In this document: piece after piece, positions 25,965 through 39,628 of the stretch | Layout of the letters: every line of letters starts with the position of its first letter | Numbering within the stretch: the stretch's first letter is position 1 | Assembly: GCF_006345805.1 (NCBI RefSeq) | Contig: NC_043012.1 | Location: forward strand, 55,738,001-55,802,000 | Source of the DNA: Octopus sinensis | Lineage: Eukaryota | Reading direction: 5' to 3' | DNA length: 64,000 nucleotides | Position numbers and translations under genes: made by a program | Notes under the pieces: generated by a model | Told to the model about the DNA's origin: nothing | The model's database searches: none | What the model saw: the letters and a program-made list of their open reading frames with translations, nothing else

Positions 25965-27189
25965 GGGGTGAAAAGCAAAGTTGACCACAGTGTGATTTGA
26001 ACTCAGAATGCAAAGAGCCAAAACAAGTACCACAAAGCTCTAATACAGTTCTTCTCAAACATTTCTTTTATTATTCAATATAATATGAAATATCAAAACA
26101 ACATTTCCAAACACTAATAGTAATTTCAACTTTGGCACTAGGCCAGCAATTTTGGAGAAGGAGTTTAAGTCAATTACATTGACCCCCAGTAATCAATTGG
26201 TACTTATTTTATTGACCCCCGAAAGGATGAAAGGTAAGGTGGGATTTGAACTCAGAATGTAAAGACAGATGAAATGCTGCTATGCATTTTACTTTGTGTG
26301 CTAACAGTCCTGCCAGCATGCTGCCTCTCCAACCATGAATATTGCCAAAGAATTTGCATACAGAATAAGAATTAAGAATATTTTTGAAAATTAGGGCAAT
26401 TAAAAGAAGCAAGTGTTACTCCCCCAATGTTTACTTTTCCCCCAGTACCTACCCATTTAAAATTTCCCATGCTCTCTAGTAAGCAGGGCCATCTTAGCAG
26501 TATTATAGCCCCCTGGGGAAATCAGTGCATTGGGCCCTATGGTATTTATTTATTGACAGCAAGCCACAGCATATATAGATCAAAACTGGGCCCTTAAGCC
26601 TGTGAGGTCCCTGGAGCACTGCCTAGTATGTCTATGCCTTGAGACAGCATGCTAGTGGGAGGCACCATCAGCACTGCACTAGCAACTCTTCCCACCAGTC
26701 TATTGCTTTCACCTGATCCTTTGTATTATTGACCCCTGAAAGAATGAAAGTGGAATTTGAGCTCGTGACACAGGAAGCCTGAGCAAATACCACAAGGTAT
26801 TTTATCAGACTTTGTTATGATTCTTTCCATGTATTGAGTACCACCCACCCCTAAAAACTAGAGTAGTTGTGTAAGCTTCACTTACCATCAAAAAAATCTA
26901 AAGCACTGGGCTTCATTTGCCATCCAGAAATAGAGTATTGAGTATTACTCATTATAAATCAGTAATTAAAAAACTGAGATCGTCACAGTTGAAATATCTT
27001 TGGTTATATCTCTTTTCTACTCTAGGCACAAGGCCCAAGATTTTTGGGGAGTGGGCCAGTCAATTAGATTAACCCCAGTATGCAACTGGTATTTAATTTA
27101 TCAATCCCGAAAGGATGAAAGGCAATGTATATGGTATGTATATGTCCCCTTAACTAGTGGTTCGGCAAATAAGACTGATAGAAAAAGTA

Positions 27190-27755
27190 TTGTGTTGTCT
27201 GGAAAGTTCATGCCGATTTATAGTAGCTTACATTTCGACTTATTTTAGAACATGGTTGAGTCTATAAAATAAGATTTGACTACACCTCCATTTAGAGCAC
27301 AGTTTAATCTATCTTTTCGTGGAAGAAGGTTTATGTTGCTATAACCTGTGCTACTTCTGTAACCCTTTAAAATGGAAGATAAGAAAGTCCATTTTCGGCA
27401 CTTGATGCTTTGGGAACCAGACAAAAACTGCTGCAGCTCGGCTGGGATGTGTTACCCTACCCTCCATATTCACTAGATATTGCTCCTTCAGATTTCCACT
27501 TATTCAGGTCTCTGCAGAATAGTCTTAATGGTAAAAATTTCAATTCCTTGGATGATGTAAAAAGATACCTTGATGAATTCTTTGCCATGAAACAACCTCA
27601 ATTCTGGGAAGAGGGCATTTTCAAGTTAAAGGAAAGATGGAGATGCATTGTGCAACAAAATGGTTAATTTTTGGTTGATTAAAAATGTAATGGCAAGTAT
27701 TTATTGACCTTTTTCTTTCCTTTAAAAATCGGCACAAACTTTCCGGACAACCCAA
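27190..27755 (+). mobile_element. Internally deleted mariner, 566 bp, with both TIRs
   Basis: 30-bp TIRs (26/30 match) flanked by TA. N-terminus MEDKKVHFRHLML is fused to C-terminal ...YPPYSLDIAPSDFHLFRSLQNSL...ERWRCIVQQNG, which carries the mariner YSPDLAPSD-type motif. Confidence 0.93.
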
Positions 27756-28385
27756 TACCGTGCTAAATAAAAAAAAAAAAGTAGTGGGGTTGATTCATTC
27801 AACTAAAAGTTCTTCAAGATGCTCCAGCATGGCTGTGCTCTAGTAACTGATACAAGTAAAAGATAAAAGACAAAAACAAAAAAAAGGTCAAGGGCGCTGC
27901 CCCTTTACAATCTAAATGAGGCTGGGATAGGGTTGGTGGGTTAGGGAAATAAATAAAATAGAATAAAATAAAAAAATTTGCCAGCTGTGATTCTTCCCGT
28001 TCTGAAAGCATTGACACGATAAAGTTTCACTCAACATCAACCATACTCGAAATTCCTCAAAGGTTCTGATAAAACAGGAGAAACCCAACATCCCCTAAAT
28101 TCAACATCCTTTCCCTCTTAAAGGGAGATTGATATCTCTTTCTGTACCTACTTTTAGCTTCAACACATATTGTATATAAAGTGCATATATGTATATATAT
28201 ATATATATATACATACATACATAACATACATACATTTGTTTATGTACACTTTCTATTTATATATATATTTGTTTATTATTTTATTTCTTTATTCTTTACC
28301 TGGTTTTTCCATCCATCTAGGTCATGCCCATGCTAGAGCATAACTTATTTTTTATATTTTATTTATCTGTTCTGTTCATTTTACA

Positions 28386-28545
28386 CATCATCATTATTGT
28401 TTAACATTCACCTTCCATGCTGGCATGGGTGGGACGGTTTCACAAGAGCCGACCAGGCCAAAGCCTGCACCAGACTTTTGTGACTGTTTTTGTAGGATTT
28501 TTACAGCTGGATGCCCTTCCTGACATCAACCACTCAGCAGAGTGT
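28386..28545 (-). mobile_element. Family F retroposon 3' part
   Basis: Reverse complement contains GGTTGATGTCAGGAAGGGCATCCAGCTG and ...GTTAAACAATAATGATGATG. Confidence 0.65.
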
Positions 28546-28588
28546 ATTTAATTAATTTTTTTTTTTATACTATTTATTATCTTATTGA

Positions 28589-28899
28589 GTGGAGGCACAT
28601 GGCCTAGTGGTTAGAGCAGTGGACTCGTGATCAAGGGATCATGGGTTCGAATCTCAGACCAGGCGATGTGGGTGTTTATGAGCGAAAACACCTAAGCTCC
28701 ACACGGCTCCCGCAGAAGGTAATGGTGAACTTCTGCTGACTCTTTCGCCACAACTTTCTCCCTCTCTTTCCTCCTGCATCTTGCAGCTCACCTGCGACGG
28801 ACCGGCGTCCCGTCCAGGTGGGGAACCTATACACCAAGGTAACTGGGAAACCGGCCCTTATGAGCCAAGCATGGCTTGAGAAGGAACAAATAACAAAAC
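28589..28899 (+). mobile_element. tRNA-derived SINE family D
   Basis: C-like head GTGGAGGCACATGGCCTAGTGGTTAG...GGTTCGAATC with tail ACCGGCGTCCCGTCCAGGTGGGG...CCCTTATGAGCC. Second copy at 59866-60120. Confidence 0.85.
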
Positions 28900-30547
28900 A
28901 TTATCTTACTGTATAGACTTAATGCCATAGCCCCAAATAATTCACGCGACAATTAGTTGAGCACTTTTTGTGAAAGAAAAACATTACTAAGATTAATTAT
29001 GATGTTCTCTTTGAAGCAAGTATAAATACTGCCATGTAAAAAGCATCCAGTATACCTCTGTAAAGGGGTTGGCATTAAGAAGGGCATCCAGGTGTATAAA
29101 CCATGCCAAAGCAGACAGTAGAGCTTGGTACAGTCCTCTGGATTGCCAGCTCCTCTCAAACCATCTAATCCAACCATGTCGTGAGCAAAGACAGGACACA
29201 TTAGGTAATGTACTCCTAGATATACTCCCATAAAAATAAAAAAGAAAAACATAAAAAAAAATTTTAAAATATCCCCAAAAGTCAATTTGGGCCAGGTTGA
29301 AATGTCTTTGATTATAGATCTGCTTAATCAAGACTAGCCTAGGGTTCATCATCGTCATCATCAACAACAACAACAACAGTATATAGACATATGTGTACCC
29401 ATGACAATGAGGGACACATTGTGTGCTCGCTTCATTTTCTTGGAAAAGCAACCAAATCTAACCTCAAATCACATCCCACCATCTTCACATTAGAATATGT
29501 ATTTGTTCTAGTTATCTCAAAATCAACAGGATGGTCATAGCTGGAATGTTTTTAATCATAAGTCTGCCTTATTTTTCGTAAGAAGCAATCTTCCAATGTT
29601 AGATCCGTGTTATGAAAAGAACTCAAGTTATTGTACCAAAGGCAGCAAATTGGTAGAGTTATTAGAGAGTTGGACAGAATGTTTTGTATATTTTTTTCTG
29701 ATTCTATTCATTCTGAGTTCAAATCCTGATGAGGTCATCTTTGCCTGTCTTCTTTTGGGATTGATAAAATAATAAATAAATAAATAAAAAAAACGTAAAT
29801 CCAAGGGAGCAGATTGGTGAAACTAAGAAAATTGGACCAGATTGGCTCCAGCATTCTGAGTTCAAATCCTAGAATGGTCTACTGGGGTGGTACACTTAGC
29901 ATGCCATCTAATTTAACAACACGACCTAGCAGCTGAGATACACTTAGTGGACCCCACTTTGTTACAAACTTTTGGAGCCAGGTCTCCAATTTGAAAATAG
30001 CTTCTTCTTTACTCTCCTGTGCCATCTTAAGACATGGTCACACCAGGTCCAGGGGCTCAGTGGTAGTCTTTGTATACAGTGGCTGATTTTCTGTCAGTAA
30101 ATAACACAATATGCTCCAAATGCATTACTTTGCCAATGGACTGAGGTCCCTCTTCCCTCTTACTTTCTTTCTCTCCTTCCTTCCAAACCAGTCTTGGAGG
30201 TCTTATAAAAGGCCAGGAGAACTACCTTCTCATACAGATTAAAAGATCAAGGAAAGAAATATAAACTTGCTTGACCTATGGTCTTCATACGTCTTGCTGG
30301 TTAAGCTCACCCCAAATGTTTCAGAGCTCAAAGCCATTAAGCTGCCTCACCTTGTATCACAGCAGTGAACTTATTGTAGGGTAACAATAACAACAACAAC
30401 AACAAGAGATGGCAAACTGGTAGAGTTGTTAGGGGAACAGATAAAATTCCTTACAGTATCTTTGAGTTCCAAAGTTCAAATCCCGTCAAGATGAATTTTA
30501 TTTTACTTTGTTTCAAAACAGATAAATAAAATCCTAGGGTTGATTAT

Positions 30548-30585
<38 letters not shown>

Positions 30586-31148
30586 TTTTCTCCTTTTCTC
30601 TCTGGAAGAAATCAGCTGCGTTTAAACCTGGAGAAGGATTGGCTCAGCTAGGTTTAAAATCTCCAGTGCATACTATTCGTTACAATAGCACTCTTGCAAC
30701 CCCCTTAGGAGTTAAGGTCTCCTCCTGCCACCACCACCACCCTCACTCTCACCATCACCCTCACTCTCACCATCACAAAAACATAGTTGACTTGTGTGTG
30801 TGTGAGTGAGTGAGTGAGTGTTGGGGGAAGGTTTAAACAACAACAACATCCTGCCACAAGACCCCAAAGCATGGTATCAAATAAGATATGAGAAAAAAAA
30901 CAACAAAAAAAACCCCAGCATGAAAGTAGTATAGCAACATGATAATAAAGGAACAAATAAATAAATTAACAAATGAATATATTACTGTAGTGATAAGAGA
31001 GGATGCCCTGAGATTAAACAGGAATGGGATATCATAGGGAAAATAACAGTGTATTGGATATCAAATAATGGTATATCCATTACATCATTCACTACTTAAA
31101 CAGCTCTGGGATATCATGATGAAAACATAGCTGATACTGCAATATTGT

Positions 31149-32045
31149 TTAGGGTTAGATTTGAAGCTTTAAATTTAGGGTTCACGATCAGGTTTAAAGC
31201 TTAGGTTTAGGGGCTAAATTTAGATTTTAGGGTTTGGAATTAAGGTTTAGGGTTTTAAGGTTAGTGAATACAATGTAGGAATAGGGACTCAAATTTAGGG
31301 AGAAGGAGTTAGAATTTAGGTTAGAGGATAGATTTAGGATTTAGGAGGGAGTGTCACACATAACAGACCCTGTTTAAGTTAGGATTTAGAGTTTAGGATA
31401 AGGGGCTAGATTTAGACTCTAGGATTTGGAATTATGGTTTAGGGTTAGGGTTAAGGTTAAAGTTTAAAGATAATAATTAGAGTTTAGGGATAAGGATTAA
31501 ATTTTAGGGTCTAAAGGTAAGGAGTAGTGTTAGAGTTTAGGGTTAAGGTTTAGATTTATGATTTAGGGTTTAGGTTTAATGTGAAGCTTACATGAATTGC
31601 ATATCAAATAATGGTAGGGCTCAGCTTTTAATGCTAGGGTTTATGTTTAAAGTCCAGAGTTTAAGTTTAGAGCTTGGAATTACATTTAAGGTTTAGTGGT
31701 GGGCTAAGTTTTGAGTTTAAGGTTAAGGTTCAGGGTTAGGGTTAGCATTTTAAAGTTTAGTCTAGGTTTAAGTGAATTAGATACTTAATAATGTAATGAC
31801 ATTTGTTTTGTATTGCTCAATAATGTCAGGATTTAGGGATAAGGTTAAGGGTTAGAGTTATGGATTAAGTTTAAGATTAATGATTTGGATTTAGAGTTTA
31901 TGGTGAGGGGTTATTTTTAGGGTTTACAGTTCAGAGTTAATGTTCAGAGTTTTCAAATTTTTGGTTTAGTTTTAATCTAGGGGCTAAAAGTCAGGGCTAG
32001 AATTTAGAGTATAAACTAGGGTTAGAATATAGAAACAGGTTTAGT
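31149..32045 (+). repeat. Degenerate interstitial telomere-like (TTAGGG)n array, ~0.9 kb
   Basis: Dense TTAGGG/TTTAGGG/TTAAGG/TTAGAG variants with short perfect runs near 31439 and 31732. Confidence 0.85.
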
Positions 32046-32242
32046 GCTGCCATTGTTAAATTTTCAGATAAATTTGGGTGTTTTATAGTGTAAAGCTAAA
32101 ATTAGTGTAATCAATACATTTTCATAATATATTATGTTGTTTAACGACTTCCTCTGACATTCCTTTCCTGACGTGATGGACAAACTGTTTCTGTGATGTA
32201 AAATGTAATGGATAACTAAATTGATAAGATATAACTAGCATA

Positions 32243-32385
32243 GGTGCAGGCGTAGCTGGGTGATAAGAAATTTGCTTCTCAGATACATGGTTCTGGGTTC
32301 AGTCCCATTGTGTGGCACCTTGGGCAAGTGTCTTCTGCTATAGCCTCAGACCAACCAAGACCTTGTGAGTAGATTTGGTAGATAG

Positions 32386-32455
<70 letters not shown>

Positions 32456-32674
32456 TTGTGTGTGTATCTTTGTGCCTGTCCCCTACCACTGCTTGACAAC
32501 TGGCGTTGGTTTGTTTACATCCTCATAACTTAGCAGTTCAGCAAAAGAGAACAATAGAATAAGTACCAGGCTTAAAAAAATGTACAGGGGTCAATTCATT
32601 TGACTAAAAACTTTCCAAGGTGGTGCCCCAGTATGGCCACAGTCTAATGACTCAAAGAAGTAAAAGATAAAAGA
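32243..32674 (+). mobile_element. Full-length older SINE family A
   Basis: Head, CCTTGGGCAAG segment, internal (TG)n and tail all present. Confidence 0.85.
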
Positions 32675-32900
32675 TTGTTTTTGTCATGCAATGTTATCAT
32701 AATTGAGTATGAGATATCCACCCAGGGTGGAAGGCTGCATTGCTGTACATAAGAAGAATGAGACATTTCCAGCATGTATGTTAAATCAGCAGATCAATAC
32801 TTTTCTGGTATCAATAGATCAATAGGTACATTACTCTGTATGATGATTGTGGGGTCTTTGGCCTGAGATTGGGTACCAGAGTAGTAATAGAGTAGTTAGG

Positions 32901-33299
32901 AAGGTGGTGAGCTGGCGGAAACGTTAGCACACCGGGCGAAATGCTTAGCGGTATTTCGGCTGTCTTGAGTTAATTTTGAGTTCAAATTCTGCTGAGATCG
33001 ATTTGCCTTTCATCCTTTCGGGGTCGATTAAATAAGTTCCAGTTATGCACTGAGGTCGATATAATCGACTTAATCTGTTTGTCTGTCTTTGTTTGTCCTC
33101 TCTGTGTTCAGCACCTTGTGGGTAGTAAAGAAATAGGTATTTCATCTGTCTTTACATTTTGAGTTCAAATTCTGCTGAGGTCGACTTTGCCTTTCATCCT
33201 TTTGGGGTCGATAAATTAAGTACCAGTTGCATACTGAGGTTGATCTAATCGACTGCCTCCTCCCCCCAAATTTCGGGTCTTGTGCCTAGAGTAGAAAAG
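32901..33299 (+). mobile_element. Dimeric SINE B'+B with 15-bp TSD
   Basis: Same junction as 25526-25944, but the second unit has a B tail. Flanks AATAGAGTAGTTAGG (32886-32900) and AATAGAGTAGCTAGG (33300-33314). Confidence 0.85.
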
Positions 33300-33846
33300 A
33301 ATAGAGTAGCTAGGGGATGGGGTGAGCAGGCAGTCATCCCTGGGTGATGCTTTTATGGAGTGCTTTTGGGCCCTGCTATATAAGCTCCCTGCTGGTTGTG
33401 GTGTTCAAGGGCTGCGCACTCTAACTACACCACTGCAGAAAGGTGCAGCTGCCTATAGGAAGTATTGATAATTGACTAACAAGCAATTTGACAAATTAAT
33501 TAAAAACTCATTATAATGTCCTTACCATCCCCATAGGAAATGATACATGTCATTTTTCCTGTTTCTTTTTTTATTTTTAACCCAGGCCAGCTTTGACAGT
33601 GCAGATTCATTATCAGCGGTATTCCAGCCATGACCATCCCATTTAATTTTGTATTCAGGCATTGTATATCTGATGTCACATTGTTGAATCTGTCATTCAC
33701 TTTTTTGAAAAACTGTATAATGTAAAGGTATGAGACGTTTTGGCTTAGCCTTCCTGGCGCTGCCTATTTGGCATTGCTGATTCAATGCTTTTTAGTGTTT
33801 TTCTCGTTCGCTCCCTCCCTGTCTTTATTTGTGTGTGTGTATGCGT

Positions 33847-33887
<41 letters not shown>

Positions 33888-34412
33888 TGTGTGTGCGTGT
33901 GCGTGTTTCCCTTCAGTGCCAAAACGTAATGTCACCAAGGCATATCACTGTCCAGTCAGCCATATCAAATCGCCAATGTCCAAACAGCTGCGTTCATTCA
34001 TCTCATTCCAAAGGTGTAATCTGAGTGAGATTTTGCCACTATTTCTAACAGACCAATTAGCAACATATAGGCTCTCTAGTTGCCTCTGGGTTTCTTCGAT
34101 GGCTCCTGCCTATTTTACAATGAGGTTTTTCGTATCAGTGGAAGTTAAGTATCCTTGCCACCGTGGATATAACTCAGTGACATTGAGAAGATCTGAACTG
34201 GTGACTCTTCGGTTGATAGGCCAACAATCTACCGCCTCTGCCAGCTGCACCTCCTTTTAGTCATTTAAGACAACCTTGGGTATATTTGGCATATAAAGAG
34301 ACAAGGTAATTAGAGACAGAGATAGAGGAACAGTGGAGTAAATTCCTTATAGTGTTCCGTCTCATCGTTGAGTCCTGTGATCTAAATTCAAATTAATATT
34401 TTATCCATCCGG

Positions 34413-34630
34413 AAGGCGGCGAGCTGGCAAAATCGTTAACAGGTCGGGAAAAACACTTTGCAGCATTTCATCCGTCTTTAAGTTCTGAGTTCAAATAGCG
34501 CTGAGGTCGATATTGCCTTTCATTCTTTAGGAGTCGGTAAAATAGAAATCAGTTGAGCACTGGGGTCGATGTAATCGACATACTCCCTCCCACGAACTTG
34601 CTGGCCTTGTGTAAAAATTTCAAATCAATA
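34413..34630 (+). mobile_element. SINE family B, degenerate
   Basis: AAGGCGGCGAGCTGGCAAAATCG...GTTCAAATAG...GGCCTTGTG. Confidence 0.75.
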
Positions 34631-34978
34631 TTGTATCCGTCCGGGTGCGGTCGTAGAATAAGTTCCAGTCATATGTTGGTATCGGTTTAATCGACTGTAA
34701 GTCCACATTTTCAAAATTGGACGATGTATCGAATCAATTCAGTCCATTTGCAAAGTTTGATTAAATTGTTTGTGACATAATAATTATGTCCTAATTAAAG
34801 AAGTGGGTGGAATGCAGAGGGAAAATAAAATAAATACCAGTAATACAATGAGGCTCGTATCGATTGTACAGTTCGTTTGCAAAAATTGGCATAGTATTAA
34901 TGTATGTATGCATGTATGTATGTATGTATGTATGTATGTATGTATGTATGTATGTATGTATGTATGTATGTATGTATG

Positions 34979-35205
34979 TGCTGGGTTCGGAGTCACTAGT
35001 GCAGGAAAGGAGAGGGCCATAAATTCCATTACTGAGGTTGCAGAGAGGGTCACCAGGTGGCTTTGGATAAAGGGAGCTGGCGATTTGGTGCTACAGATGT
35101 GCGATTTCGAGTGGATGAACTGGTCAAAGGCGTCTGACGTTGAAAGATTCCATTACCACCCGAGAGCCCAGAAGCATCACTGATATTGCATTCCAGAGCA
35201 TCCTC
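34979..35205 (+). mobile_element. 3' remnant of an RLE non-LTR retrotransposon (Hero-like)
   Basis: Translates AGFGVTSAGKERAINSITEVAERVTRWLWIK, resembling the C-terminal helix ending RWLWIKR of Hero-type elements. Recognised from memory, not searched. Confidence 0.55.
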
Positions 35206-35330
35206 TCTGTGTATGTAAGTATATACATCCTCTGTGTGTGTATGTATGTACATACATACATACATACATACATACATACATACATACATACATACATACA
35301 TACATACATACATACATACATACATACATT

Positions 35331-35590
35331 ATGGCTGCCCCCTCGTTATCGAGTATGGCCATTGCACGAAGCTTAACTGTTACTGGTGCTGTGATCGAAT
35401 GTGACTTTTTAGCCCAGCTAAAGATCTACAATGTCTTGTACAGAATTGGCAACTAAAACCTTTACCGGTAATACATACATACATACATACATATATTATC
35501 GTACACATACACAATGTATGTCCTTTGCTAGTTCGCTGATCGGCTGCGATTTGATGCGGTGGAGATGACTTTCTCAAAGTGCCGGGTGTT
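35331..35590 (-). mobile_element. RTE-clade LINE 3' end with C-terminal C2H2 finger and (TATG)n tail
   Basis: FSCQFCTRHCRSLAGLKSHIRSQH-stop, followed by a 3' UTR (TTAAGCTTCGTGCAATGGCCATACTCGATAACGAGGGGGCAGCCA) identical to that at ~54283-54328. Confidence 0.75.
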
Positions 35591-35780
35591 AAAACACCTG
35601 AAATTCATAGTCACAGACAAGCGAGACAACTTACCCCAAGTTCTTTTCAGGAACGATGAGCACCGATGTTTTACCATTTTTTTTGTTTTTTTTTTTGGCT
35701 TATCATCATCATCATCATCATCATCATCATATACCTGAACTGAACCGGAGTCAAGTTGGATAACCTATCCATGGATATTT

Positions 35781-36139
35781 ACTCTTCTACCTGTTTCAGT
35801 CATTTGGCTGTGGCCGTGCTGGAGCACCACCTTTTAGTCGAGCAAATCGACCCCAGGACTTATTCTTTGTAAGCCTAGTACTTATTCTATCGGTAAACAC
35901 ATCAGCATCGGTTGTCAAGCGATGTTGGGAGGACAAACACAGACACACACATATATATACATATACATATATATATGACGGGCTTCTTTCAGTTTCCGTC
36001 TACCAAATCCACTCACAAGGCTTTGGTCGGTCCGAGGCTATAGTAGAAGACACTTGCCCAAGGTGCCACGCAGTGGGGACTGAACCCGGAACCATGTGGT
36101 TGGTAAGCAAGCTACTTACCACACAGCCACTCCTATGCC
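35781..36139 (-). mobile_element. SINE family A with small internal deletion
   Basis: Reverse complement aligns to 4214-4631. Confidence 0.9.
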
Positions 36140-36922
36140 TAGTAAAATGGTGTTAAAAAAAACTAAAAAAAAACCAAGCTGGTATGCCCGAACGATGCTT
36201 AAGTAAAAAAGGATCCTTATCAGGCAGAAATGTACAAAATCTGAAACTCAAACATCTATGACTTCCAAAAGAGCTAAACAAAAAAAAGCAGCACACCTTC
36301 ATTAACTTAGACAATAGATAAATGAATACATAAATGAATAAATAGCAAATACAAGCACAAAGAACTCCTACCACCCCACTCCCTTCGAATTGACTATGAT
36401 ATCACGTCAATGAAACCTTATGAATAGATCAAGCAACATCGACAATGCTCTGTATATGTTTCAGCTGTTGTATATTTTCTGTTTGCTATGAATCATTTAG
36501 TAATCTAGAGTTATCCTCCCATATTAATGGCAACATTTCAGACTCCACCACAGCTGTTTTCCATCTATCGATGTTATCTGCCTTATTTTTTTTCTCTTTC
36601 TTCACATGATTTTATTATTATTATTATTATTTATTTTTTGAAAACTAGTGAATCTTCAGTAATTATGAAAGATATCCTAGTTGACTTAATGATTTTTTTT
36701 TTTATGTATATACATAAAGAAGTAATCAGTACCACGGTTGTAGAGGAAGGAAGGAAGGTGAGGACGGGAAGTGAAAGTTATCAGATTTACGAGAGGAATT
36801 TGCAGGCAAAATTCATAATTAATATATCTAAAGGTGAAAATTATCCAGAGAGAATCTTTAAAAAATTTTGCTTTGATATTTGTGAATAGAAAAAAAACCA
36901 TTGCCATTTCGTTATAGCTTTT

Positions 36923-36962
<40 letters not shown>

Positions 36963-37097
36963 TTTTCTTTCTTTCTTTCTCCTCCTCCCTCTACTCTAAC
37001 TCTGTATAGGTGTAAATTATAAGTGTAAGTATACTTGTATGTCTCTATCCATCCATCGTCCATCTATTAATCCATATAAATATATATAATTATATGT

Positions 37098-37115
37098 ATG
37101 CATTCATGTGTGTGT

Positions 37116-37146
<31 letters not shown>

Positions 37147-37180
37147 CTCTCTCTCTCTCTGTATATATATATATTATTTA

Positions 37181-37223
<43 letters not shown>

Positions 37224-38011
37224 CATATAAATGGTAACTGTAAAACGTTGCTTTGCAAAAATCAAAAAAATCAATGTAAAATGAATGGCTTAATAAAAAA
37301 AATTAAGAAGAAGAGGAGAAAGAAGAAGAAGAAGAAGAAAGAAGAAGTAGAAGAGAGAAGAGAAAGAAAGAAGAAGAAGAAGAAAGAAGAAGAGAAGAAG
37401 AAGAAAAGAAGAAGAAGAAGAAGAGAAGAAGAAGAAGAAAGAAGAAGAAGAAGAAAAATAAAAAGAAGAAGAAGAAGAAGAAGAACAAGAACAAGAAGAA
37501 GAAGAAGAAGAATGTAAATGTTTATAAGGTATAAAATTATTTCAGCTTCAGCTAGAATATGGTTATCTTCTTCGGAATGTATAACAATACATTCATACAC
37601 ACACTCCGTAATTAATCGAATTAATTATATATTGCTGCTTGTTAATTCTACCCGAAAGTAAAATTCCATGAACAATAAACCTTACCCAAACTGAAGAATT
37701 CGTGATGGGACTGTCTCTCTGCCAAAAGCTACAATGATCGTTCTACGAGAATTTTTTGGACTTTTAATCGGTTCGGTGGAGGTGTGTGGGGGCGGAGGTG
37801 GGAGTGTATGGATGGTTGCGATGTGGGTGTGTGTGTGTGTGGGGTGGTGGTGGATGGGAAAGGGTGGTGGTGGGGAGGGGGGGTTACGCAAGTACATTGC
37901 ACGACAGGCCATGTCTCGCACACGGAGGCATGTAGCAGCCAACATGTTTTATGGGATGGGAAGGACAGGATGTTGAAAGCCTTTCTCAAAATGTACCAGT
38001 TCCTCAGTCTG

Positions 38012-38058
<47 letters not shown>

Positions 38059-38115
38059 TCCTTGATTTTGGCTAGAGGCCAGCAGTTTTGAGAGGAGGGC
38101 AAATCGATTACAAAA

Positions 38116-38153
<38 letters not shown>

Positions 38154-38169
38154 ATAGTAGATAGTAGTA

Positions 38170-38225
<56 letters not shown>

Positions 38226-38473
38226 TTCAAATTTGGCACAAGATCAGCAATTTCGAAGGGAGAGGGTTAGTCGATGCCATCGAACCCCCGGCGTTTGATT
38301 GGTTCTTTATTTTTATCGATCCCGGAAGGATGAAAGGCGAAGTTGTCCTCAGCGGGTATAGAACTCGGAATGTGAAGCGTAGGAGGAAAATATTGCTAGG
38401 CAGTTCACTCGGCGCTCATGATGACGACGACGACGACGATGCCTATGACGATGATGATGATGATGATGACGAA

Positions 38474-38571
<98 letters not shown>

Positions 38572-39317
38572 CGATGATGAGGAAGAGGAGGACAAGGAGA
38601 TTGATGCTGGTGATGACGACGGTGAGAATGAGGATGATTATTGGCTCGAAACCAAACCATGGCAGGGGAGGAAGGGTGCTACTGATCGATTCGAACTAAG
38701 TATATGACTGGTACTAATTCTGATGCTGGTGATGCTAGTAGGATTTGGTCGCAGAATGGAGATAGATGAAAAGTAAAAAAAAAAAAATGAAAAAAAGAAG
38801 CACAGGAAGAAAAAAAAAAAAAGTTAAGCAAATTCAAAGAATTTGTCTTGCAAATTTATCGTTTCTGTTAATTTCAGTATTCTAATGACAACAACCTTGA
38901 CAATATATAATTAATATTATCAATTATAATAATATTAATTTTTATTTCATTAATATTATTTACTATCATATAAAAGAAATAATTATTTTTCCGAAAAAAT
39001 TTTTTAAAAAAGTATTAATATTCTTTTTTTTACTAGTGAGGCACAAAAGACCTGAAAAATCTTTTTTTTTTTTGTGGGGGAGGGGTATAAATCGATTACA
39101 TCGACAACCCGGTTTTCGATCGATTAGTACTTGAGAGGACGAAAGGCAAAGCTAACCTCGGCAGGATTTGAACTCAAAAGCATAAAGACGGACGAAATGC
39201 CGCTAAGCATTTTGCACCGGTGTGCTAACGATTTTACTACTACTACTACTGGTAATAATAATAATAATAATAACAACAATAATAGTTATAATAATAATAA
39301 TAACAACAATAATAGTT

Positions 39318-39348
<31 letters not shown>

Positions 39349-39371
39349 TAATAATAATAATAATAATAATG

Positions 39372-39413
<42 letters not shown>

Positions 39414-39460
39414 TTAATATAAAAATTGTAATGATGATGATGAGGATGATGATGAGGCGG
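37098..39460. repeat. Microsatellite block: (TG)n, (ATT)n, (GAA)n, (TAG)n, (GAT/GAC)n, (AAT)n, with SINE B remnants at ~38222-38420 and ~39035-39236 (-)
   Basis: Read directly. The homopolymeric D/H/N/M ORFs are artefacts. Confidence 0.9.
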
Positions 39461-39548
39461 AGGATGGTGTTTCTTGTGGAGTTAGTCCTGAAGCACAAAT
39501 CTTCGGGGACAGTTTATCGGATAGAATGGTAGAATCGCATAGGATGTT

Positions 39549-39628
<80 letters not shown>

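Noticed and set aside
29900-30150. Ancient LINE remnant (WCDHVL-like)
   Set aside because: Only a few residues match across frameshifts, which is too weak to call.
33829-34260. 143-aa ORF
   Set aside because: Starts in (TG)n, and its 3' part overlaps a degenerate tRNA-SINE-like head on the minus strand.
38330-38707. Poly-Asp/His/Met ORFs (likewise 39131-39532 and 55705-56728)
   Set aside because: Trinucleotide arrays are open in several frames on both strands, with no domain or splice support.
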